Source: an uncultured Chloroflexota bacterium (lineage in GTDB: Bacteria; Chloroflexota; Anaerolineae; Aggregatilineales; Phototrophicaceae). From it: 50,072 bases of DNA. Below the pieces are notes generated by a model that saw nothing but the letters and a program-made list of their open reading frames with translations, made no database searches and was not told where the DNA came from. Every line of letters starts with the position of its first letter. The stretch's first letter is position 1. Made by a program: the position numbers and the translations under genes. Where the stretch lies: positions 1 to 50,072 of the forward strand of contig CALMZT010000419.1 in assembly GCA_937870805.1 (NCBI GenBank), in the 5' to 3' direction. Positions 43,956 to 50,072 of the stretch are shown here, piece after piece.

Positions 43956-44760
43956 ACGCGTTGTCCTTATGACGAACCAGGCGTTCCATCGAGGTTACCC
44001 ATCGTGGTCGCTTTGGCTTAAAATCCCTGCCTTGCTCGTCCCACTGTGCCGTAAGTTTGCTGACTCTTGACACAGTGGAAACGAGGTTTGTAATGGCTGG
44101 GATTTTTTGCGTCTTATTTCTAATCGTGAGTGTAACATATTTTTGCTATATCTCTCTGTCAAAACTTTTTTTCAAAAGCCTCATCATCCGTGAAACGTTA
44201 TTTACCGTTCATGATTTTGAAGGTGATATTTATCCCCCAGAAGATGGACATTGCTCCAGCTCTGGTCCTTTTAGACTCTGATGGGTTCAATTTTCCGCCT
44301 GTAATTCTTGAATAGACTTAACGTACTCGTTTTGCTTATAATAATGTCCATACCCTGTGTCACCGTCATAAACACTGTCTCGTAGCCCTTAGTGCGGGAA
44401 TAGGATGTCATGACTGTGCAGCTAAGGTCAATCAACCATCACCTCGCTGGCAAACACCTTAAAACGCTGGCTACTCCTGCTGTTTTGCGCTATGCCTTAC
44501 CTATGCTCCCCCCAATTGGTGACAAACACAAAGTACACTTGTCAGATCACACTTTCGCGCTATACTTGAAAGTGTATTGAAGCAAATAATCCACTGCTTC
44601 GTGCGGAGGGTGTAACACGATAAGCACTCGCAAGGTTTTCCTGACCATAGGGGCGAGTGTTTTTCGCTTTTATAGACCAGTTAGACTCTACCGCATAATC
44701 AAAAATCCGCAAGTCCCCTTGAATCGAAGGCTTTCTGCCTGTCTGTTGCACCCTCCTCGG

Positions 44761-45852
44761 TTATGATGATTGTGACTTCTTCAGCCGCATCATTGCAAAA
44801 CGCAAGCCCCCCACCGCGTTCATATCCACTGGATGCACTTTTGCTGTTGAAAGGCTACTCTTGGGGTCAAGGATTTTGTTGCCGTACCACTTTTTCATAA
44901 AGTCATGTACCAACGTTGTTCCCCCACCGACTAAGATGACTGACTTCACCCCTTTGAAGCCACCAAACACCCCATCGGCGATATTGTTGGCGATCCATTC
45001 AGCAAAGCGCTCACGGTACTTGTCCACCAGCGGCTTCAGATCAACGGCTAGTCCTGCTGCGCGCAGTGTGTAGTCACCTTTCTCCAGTCCCGCGCGGATG
45101 ACCAAATCGATGTCGTCGACGGTGATATTGGCGAAATCCTCAGCCTTCTTCTTGATGACGCTCAAGATGGGTTCGCGGAGGTGGACATTGATGCCGCCGT
45201 TTTCCCACGTTGCGAATTGCAGCGCTTCAGGGTTGAAGTTGCCGTCCGTCAGCTTGAGGGCGTCGAGGGTATATGCCCCCATGTCCAACACCACTGTGTC
45301 TCCGGAGAGTACGTCACTTTTCACGACCTCGCCTTTATCATCGAGGATGAAGCAAGCGGCTGCGCCGACGCCTTCGGGCCAGACGGTGACGTTCTCATAC
45401 GTCCACTCGCGGGGTTTCTTGTCGGCTTTGAAGCGGATTTCGACCTCGCCTTTGTCTTCCATCAAGCGCTTGATGATGTCGGGTTTGAGCTGGTTGTATG
45501 CGCCGGGTGGTGCGAATAAAGTGAGGTCTACAGTGCCTTTGGTGACACCCAGTTTACCAATGGCGACGGCGATCAAAAACTGCTGCATCTCGTTGGCGTA
45601 GCGATTGAGACCCATGTGGCGCTCAAGATTGCGACGGGTGACGCGGATGACATCATCGCCATACACATAGCGATGTCCATTCCAATCCACCCAATCGTAC
45701 TGCATTTCGAGGTTAGCGCCTAAACCCAGCGTATCGCCAGTTGCTGCCGCACGTACTGAGGGGAAATAAACGCTGGTGTACCCCCCCTTCTTCGCCATCA
45801 CGGCGTTTGTCCCGCCGTTGCCCGCATCCACAGAAATCACATGGTCAGCCAT
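44761..45852 (-). CDS. ParM/StbA-like actin-family segregation ATPase
   Basis: Actin-fold signatures appear in order: ISVDAGNGGTN (phosphate 1), WPEGVGAA, VVLDMGAYTLD (phosphate 2), VILVGGGT (adenosine). 363 aa. Confidence 0.8.
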   Translation of the reverse strand: MADHVISVDAGNGGTNAVMAKKGGYTSVYFPSVRAAATGDTLGLGANLEMQYDWVDWNGHRYVYGDDVIRVTRRNLERHMGLNRYANEMQQFLIAVAIGKLGVTKGTVDLTLFAPPGAYNQLKPDIIKRLMEDKGEVEIRFKADKKPREWTYENVTVWPEGVGAAACFILDDKGEVVKSDVLSGDTVVLDMGAYTLDALKLTDGNFNPEALQFATWENGGINVHLREPILSVIKKKAEDFANITVDDIDLVIRAGLEKGDYTLRAAGLAVDLKPLVDKYRERFAEWIANNIADGVFGGFKGVKSVILVGGGTTLVHDFMKKWYGNKILDPKSSLSTAKVHPVDMNAVGGLRFAMMRLKKSQSS

Positions 45853-45864
45853 TGGTCAGTCCTT

Positions 45865-46356
45865 TTATTGTTGCAGGCGAAGCATCGAGTTCAAGAAGTT
45901 GAGTGCCGAATCTGTATTGGTGTCGCGTTGGATGACGAGTGTATCTTCCTCATCATCAAAGCGAGGGAGATCGAACTTGGGTGTATTTAACGCTTGTGGT
46001 CCATCGATGATGATAGGTTGGAGTTGCCTGGTTGTGTCATGGAGCACGGCTCTCTCACTGGTGAGTAGTTTCTCAAGGCGCTCCAATTGGTGCTGCAACT
46101 CTAACTCCCCTGCTGTTTTCTGTGGGTGTATTTCTACTAGAAGCTCTGCTTTGACGAAAGGAAATAGTTCAAATAGCACATCTACCCTGCCATGTTTAAG
46201 GTCAAAGAAAAGTCGCAAAGCGTCGCGAATCGTTTTAACGAACGTGCGCTTCACTTTTAGTTCATGGATGCGCTCGTCAAGTTGATCTTCATTATCTTTT
46301 TTTAAATCAAGCCAAAACTTGTGCATAACACGATAGCGAGTTTGTGCTGGCATCAT
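45865..46356 (-). CDS. Hypothetical protein with RHH-like N-terminus and acidic C-terminus (candidate ParR-like adaptor)
   Basis: 163 aa, 12 nt upstream of the ParM-like gene on the same strand. YRVMHKFWLDL + DQLDERIHELK + TFVKTIRDALRLFFDL fits a strand-helix-helix pattern. Confidence 0.5.
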   Translation of the reverse strand: MMPAQTRYRVMHKFWLDLKKDNEDQLDERIHELKVKRTFVKTIRDALRLFFDLKHGRVDVLFELFPFVKAELLVEIHPQKTAGELELQHQLERLEKLLTSERAVLHDTTRQLQPIIIDGPQALNTPKFDLPRFDDEEDTLVIQRDTNTDSALNFLNSMLRLQQ

Positions 46357-46371
46357 CTATATTCCTATTGT

Positions 46372-46418
46372 TGGCATTAATGCCATTGGCATTCTACCAC
46401 AATTTGCATAATTGCAAA
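46372..46418. promoter_or_regulatory. Cluster of dyad sites in the divergent promoter region (candidate operator/centromere-like site)
   Basis: TGGCATTAATGCCA is a perfect 14-bp palindrome at 46372-46385. It is followed directly by TTGGCATT (46386-93). TTTGCA-TAAT-TGCAAA lies at 46403-46418. Confidence 0.45.
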
Positions 46419-46510
46419 ACTAAATATAGAATTATGGCGAACCAAAGCGCTTTGTAGAGGTCATAGTGCTCTCACTTTTGTTTTTACCTCTAAGTGAATA
46501 TCCAAGATGT

Positions 46511-47101
46511 ATGAATTACACGACTACTGACGCTGAAAATATCTTTAAAGTTGCGCCTCAAACTGTACGTAACTGGGCGCGGGAGTTTGCACGATACTTA
46601 TCGGTTAGCGCTAACCCGCAAGAGGGCAAAACCCGTATCTTCAGCGAAGATGATATGCGTGTGTTAGAGCTTGTGGCGCGCATGAAACGCGAAAACAAGC
46701 ACCATGATGAGATTCATGTGACTTTGATGGCAGGTGAACGGGGAAATCTGCCTAGTTTTTCACCTGATGAGGTTCGCGCTCTGGTTTCTGGTGAGGTTGA
46801 GCGCAAACTCCACCTGGAGATTCAGGTGCTTCGCCGTCAGTTGGATGCTGCCGAACAAAAGGCACAAGATGCTGAGCGCTATCACTCAGAGAACATCAAA
46901 CTCAAAGCTCAATTAGAGGCTGCGGAGAAGCGCGCCCAAGACCTGCTAGAGCAATTAAAGTCAGCTAATGAGGCGCAGCAACTCTCTATCCTCGAATCTC
47001 TTAAGCGGGTTGAGGATCTTGCCAAACAAATCGGCGATGCTTATGTCAAAGGTGTCATGGAAACCTTAAATCGCAAGGGGGACCTGCCGGATAAAAAATA
47101 G
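46511..47101 (+). CDS. MerR/excisionase-type HTH protein with long C-terminal coiled coil
   Basis: The N-terminus FKVAPQTVRNWAREFARYLS...RIFSEDDMRVLELVARMK fits the MerR-type HTH pattern. The C-terminal ~100 aa are heptad-rich (LEIQVLRRQLDAAEQKAQDAE...). ATG 46511 was chosen over the ORF-track start at 46466. Confidence 0.7.
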   Translation: MNYTTTDAENIFKVAPQTVRNWAREFARYLSVSANPQEGKTRIFSEDDMRVLELVARMKRENKHHDEIHVTLMAGERGNLPSFSPDEVRALVSGEVERKLHLEIQVLRRQLDAAEQKAQDAERYHSENIKLKAQLEAAEKRAQDLLEQLKSANEAQQLSILESLKRVEDLAKQIGDAYVKGVMETLNRKGDLPDKK

Positions 47102-47204
47102 CCTCATGTTCAGAACAAGTCCTCGCCGCCTATAAATAAGTGCAGCTTATAGTGTAAACCCCTCGTCTCTATTCTTAAGTCTCCAGACAACTCTCAATCA
47201 AATA

Positions 47205-47378
47205 ACTCACCTTACGCAGTTTATCGCTCTGGGTTCAAAACCCAGCGCTAACAGAGCATGGATAAACCTCTGAAGAGGTTGAAACATCGCAGCCCCAACC
47301 CGTGAACCTGTTTCTAACGCCCATAACTGGCAGTTCAAAACTGCCAGCGTCCACAGCGAACGGTTGCGTAAGGTGAGT
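47205..47378 (+). ncRNA. Candidate structured RNA (or DNA-level palindrome cluster): 14-bp closing helix enclosing three perfect hairpins, two with GTTCAAAAC T-loop-like loops
   Basis: ACTCACCTTACGCA (47205-18) pairs perfectly with TGCGTAAGGTGAGT (47365-78). The internal hairpins are CTGGG-TTCAAAA-CCCAG (47229-45), AACCTC-TGAA-GAGGTT (47265-80) and CTGGCAG-TTCAAAA-CTGCCAG (47327-47). The strand is unresolved. The overlapping 60-aa ORF is judged spurious. Confidence 0.4.
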
Positions 47379-47478
47379 AAGTAAAGCAAACGTCAATTGG
47401 GATAAGGAATCCTGAGTATTTTCCAGTAAGGGCGCAACATGTTGCGTCCCTACAAGTACGGATCTCGATTTTACAGTG

Positions 47479-47498
47479 CTTAACTCGAACTCAGGTTA
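47479..47498 (+). repeat. Right copy of 20-nt direct repeat CTTAACTCGAACTCAGGTTA
   Basis: 19/20 match to 38035-38054. Confidence 0.5.
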
Positions 47499-47635
47499 AA
47501 GCAAGGGATGAGTTCAATTCGCGATAAATTCATGAGCTTAAACTCAACTATTTAATTGTGAATAAATTGCGAAAAATTGTAAATAATTAAGAATATTAAT
47601 TGTTTTTTGCGAAAGGCGACATAGAATGAGTTAAA

Positions 47636-48226
47636 GTGATAAGTATCACAAATGGAGTATCAACGTTGAGCAAGCAAGTCACTTTCCCACTGAATACCAA
47701 GCTAACGATGACAGTATTGAGCATTTTGGCTCTCATTATGCTGTCTCTGATCGCTCAGACCGGCAGCGTTCAGGCGTATGAAGACGGATGGACGATTTCC
47801 GTTCCTTCACAAGGTATCAGTGCTTCAATTGTGCCCGTCTATATCCGTGATTTCGGCAACAACGTCATCACCTGGGATTTCAGCGGGCTGCGGATGCAAG
47901 TCGGTCATCTAGATGGTACTTCCTGGTTCGGCGAAGGTGGCACGGTCATTCTAGGGGGACACTCTGTGATCACCCCTGAGCAGCCAGATATCTTCGTACA
48001 TCTTGACGATGTCGTTGTCGGTGATGCTGTCATCGTCAGCGGCGGTGGCGCGGAACGATACTATCAGGTTACAGATGTGCGCCGTATCTCCCAGAACGAT
48101 TTGAGCATGTTTAGCCCTAGCTCAGGCGAACGTCTTATCCTGTTTACCTGTGATACACGCACGTATGACCGTTCAAGCCGCACCTACACGGGACGCATTA
48201 TGGTTACTGCAACGCCCGTGCAATAG
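47636..48226 (+). CDS. Sortase-family transpeptidase with N-terminal membrane anchor
   Basis: The TM segment LTMTVLSILALIMLSLIAQ is followed by the catalytic residues VILGGHS (His), LILFTCD (TLxTC Cys) and TGRIMV (Arg). The start may be TTG 47666, which is preceded by GGAG. Confidence 0.85.
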   Translation: MISITNGVSTLSKQVTFPLNTKLTMTVLSILALIMLSLIAQTGSVQAYEDGWTISVPSQGISASIVPVYIRDFGNNVITWDFSGLRMQVGHLDGTSWFGEGGTVILGGHSVITPEQPDIFVHLDDVVVGDAVIVSGGGAERYYQVTDVRRISQNDLSMFSPSSGERLILFTCDTRTYDRSSRTYTGRIMVTATPVQ

Positions 48227-48248
48227 GAGCTTCCTCTACTTTCCCTTC

Positions 48249-48278
48249 AAAAGAGCCGGCAGCAACCTGGCTCTTTTT
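48249..48278 (+). terminator. Rho-independent terminator after the sortase gene
   Basis: AAAGAGCC(11 nt)GGCTCTTT is followed by a T-run (48274-48278). Confidence 0.7.
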
Positions 48279-49426
48279 GATTCGCATACAAGAAGGGGGC
48301 ATAGAAGTCCCCTTGCTTCGGATTTATAAAAGCAAACACTCGTTTTTAAATGCTCAGAAAACCAACGGGTATTCCCATAAATTGAGTCTTTTCACTCAAT
48401 GATTAAAGCGAGCCTCAAACCAGGCGAAAATCTGAAGCCGAATTCCGAAGGCGTACCTGCTGAGCGACACCCTTTCAGACTGCGCGTGTGGGTCTCAACG
48501 CGATGAAACCCCAGCCCAAAATGATGATCCACAGCGATGACCAGCCGCGAGAAAACTTGAAGAAAACCCCGTTCTGATTTATCATCCTAATTAGCAAGAT
48601 TAGTTGATAAATCTATGGGTTTGTTCAAGCGCCTTGCGAAATCCCGGCTAACAAGCTGGGATTTTGGTTTTAGTACAGCACGCATCACGCTTGTAGCCAT
48701 TAATTTAACGCGATTGCTCACGAGAGTCAAGAAATTCGTCTCCTTCATTATAGAATCTGTCTGAAAGCTCCATTTCTCCAAAATCCAAGCCGCGTGGCAA
48801 CACCTGCCGCTTCACAAGGGTAGGTATTTAAGGAAAGGAATTGAGCGCACGCCAGAACCTCACCCCCTTTGTCCCCCTCTCCCCTTTAGAAACGCAGTGA
48901 AATTGGGAGTCCAGACACGTGGAGAGGGGGAAATGCTCCGCGTGCAGGAAAATAGGCTTGAGGGAAGGATGTTTTTGAGTTCATGTTGCAACTAGCATTA
49001 AAAACCTACCCTTGCAAACCCCTGCCGCCATCCTGGCTGAATTTTTTATTTGGCGGATGGCGAGGCTGTCGCTGCCATTGAACGGACAGCGGCGGCAGAT
49101 GGTGAGGCTGGTGCTGCCGCTCTGTGCGGCGCGTGCGCGGCAACAGCGGCGGTTCGACGGGAGCGATGTGCCACGCAGCGCCAAGAGGGCAGCCGCCTCA
49201 GAGATCAGCGTAGTAATCATGAACTCTGTTCACCGAAAGCGATGAAAATGTATCGCGGAAGGCACCCATCAGGCGGGCGCACACGTTGGTGCGCCCCTAC
49301 AAAGACCTTTGTGCTCTCCCGTAACATTCATTCTGCAAGGCTATTTTCAGGATAGCACAAATGAGACGTCATTTGCGTTCCTTTTGACACTTTAATGCGG
49401 GATGTAATGTAGGGGAGTGGCTAAAA

Positions 49427-49510
49427 GCGGAACGTTCAATGTTAAAGGTGGAACGCTAAATATTAAAAATGGGACGTTAAATGCAAAAAGTGGAACACTG
49501 GCGAAGGGAG
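49427..49510 (+). repeat. Iteron-like array: four direct repeats at exact 21-bp phasing, core GGAACG
   Basis: The units are GCGGAACGTTCAATGTTAAAG, GTGGAACGCTAAATATTAAAA, ATGGGACGTTAAATGCAAAAA and GTGGAACACTGGCGAAGG. Cores start at 49429, 49450, 49471 and 49492. ORFs on both strands here merely translate the repeat. Confidence 0.7.
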
Positions 49511-50004
49511 GACTGAGAACTCGCTGGAAATTCAATTTGGCAAAGACTTTGTTAGCGCAGATAAAAAGCCTGTCACACCAGAAAAAGGGGAGTCGGCTTT
49601 TTATCAATAATTCCCCAAAAACTTTGGTTATCAGAAACTTACCGTAACAATCCTTCCTCATACCCTGTCGCTCATTTAGTTAGTAATTGCGTTCGTTATC
49701 AATATGAAGCTCGTAAATAATTCCTCAAGAACGTAAAACTATTGTGAATTAACATTCATATACTATTTTAGTTAACATAATAATATCCGTATACTGTGGG
49801 CTATAACATGACTTTTTTCCTACTTCTCAAGTAGAAACAGCATTCTGGTGTTATTGCGACTGTGACCAAAAACGGTCAACATGAGGTATAAACACCAGTA
49901 TTTGTTGTAATAATTAGCATTATCAGGGGAAGATTATGATTAAAAGACTAAGATAGGACTTACGCAAAAGAGCGCGAAAAAGGGGGAGACGATAAACTAG
50001 TGGC

Positions 50005-50072
50005 ATGAGTACCGTAACCCGCCTCGACTACTGTCAGTTTCTGTTGGTCAGTCAAACGAACTATACATTGAC
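50005..50072 (+). CDS. 5' fragment of a probable DDE transposase gene running off the window
   Basis: ATG 50005 opens MSTVTRLDYCQFLLVSQTNYTL. I recall the DYCQ(F/Y)LL.SQ.NYT N-terminal pattern from IS4/IS701-like transposases. Only 22 codons are visible. Confidence 0.35.
   Translation, partial: MSTVTRLDYCQFLLVSQTNYTL

Noticed and set aside
47205-47378. The structured element considered as a retron msr/msd, a tRNA, or tmRNA.
   Set aside because: There is no reverse transcriptase gene nearby. There is no cloverleaf, anticodon arm or CCA-proximal acceptor. It is too short and lacks a tag ORF for tmRNA. The overlapping 60-aa minus-strand ORF (47207-47389) is just the translation of the palindromes.
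38035-47498. Calling the 20-nt-repeat-bounded block a bona fide integrated prophage or ICE.
   Set aside because: No integrase, capsid or conjugation genes are visible. The repeat is of borderline statistical significance. Related motifs (the iterons) lie outside the boundary. It is kept only as a hypothesis in the findings.
48981-49355. Three mutually overlapping ORFs (79 aa minus; 77 and 101 aa plus) in a GC-rich patch.
   Set aside because: All frames are open because of local GC richness. The peptides are Arg/Ala/Cys-rich with no motifs. I cannot decide on any of them without homology data.
49392-49661. ORFs of 89 aa (minus) and 76 aa (plus) with the repeating peptide GT(F/L)N(V/I/A)K.
   Set aside because: The 7-aa periodicity is the direct translation of the 21-bp iterons. 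Both strands are open, and there is no RBS.

Overview
The window is a 50-kb bacterial sequence of moderate GC. The gene content includes Thr/Pro-linker giant surface proteins, an LPXTG signal plus a sortase, and repeated LacI/CUT1-ABC/glycosidase cassettes. This suggests a Chloroflexota-like saprophyte, but the taxonomy is only a guess.

Layout:
(i) 0.1-13.9 kb is a cell-surface block. It holds a 1951-aa multi-domain adhesin, a 907-aa polytopic GT-C-like membrane protein, and a 1541-aa Thr/Pro-rich protein ending in an LPVTG sorting signal.
(ii) 13.9-16.2 kb is a mobile/recombination block. An IS630-family element flanked by a TA duplication has split the 5' end of the LPXTG gene. Next to it is a small serine recombinase with an inverton-like inverted repeat in its leader.
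(iii) 16.2-37.9 kb holds three paralogous sugar-utilisation cassettes (LacI regulator, solute-binding protein, two permeases). Two of them carry a glycosidase (GH78 rhamnosidase, GH3 beta-glucosidase). None has an ATPase gene. They are separated by two long gene-free spacers that share a perfect 24-nt repeat and a GATTYGCATAA motif family.
(iv) 38-50 kb is a plasmid/episome-like maintenance block. It contains an HNH-AP2 protein, small coupled ORFs, a DnaG-type primase fused to HTH domains, a ParM-like actin with an RHH-like partner, a MerR-like coiled-coil protein, and a sortase. It also has four GGAACGTTCC palindromes, an array of four 21-bp-phased iteron-like repeats sharing that core, a ~175-nt highly structured element, and the first codons of a transposase-like ORF at the window edge.

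The most notable candidates are the iteron/palindrome/primase/ParM replicon-like module, the structured element at 47.2 kb, the recombinase-associated repeat family bracketing a sugar cassette, and the IS-split mucin-like LPXTG protein paired with a GT-C glycosyltransferase.

All functional calls come from motif recognition by eye, without searches.
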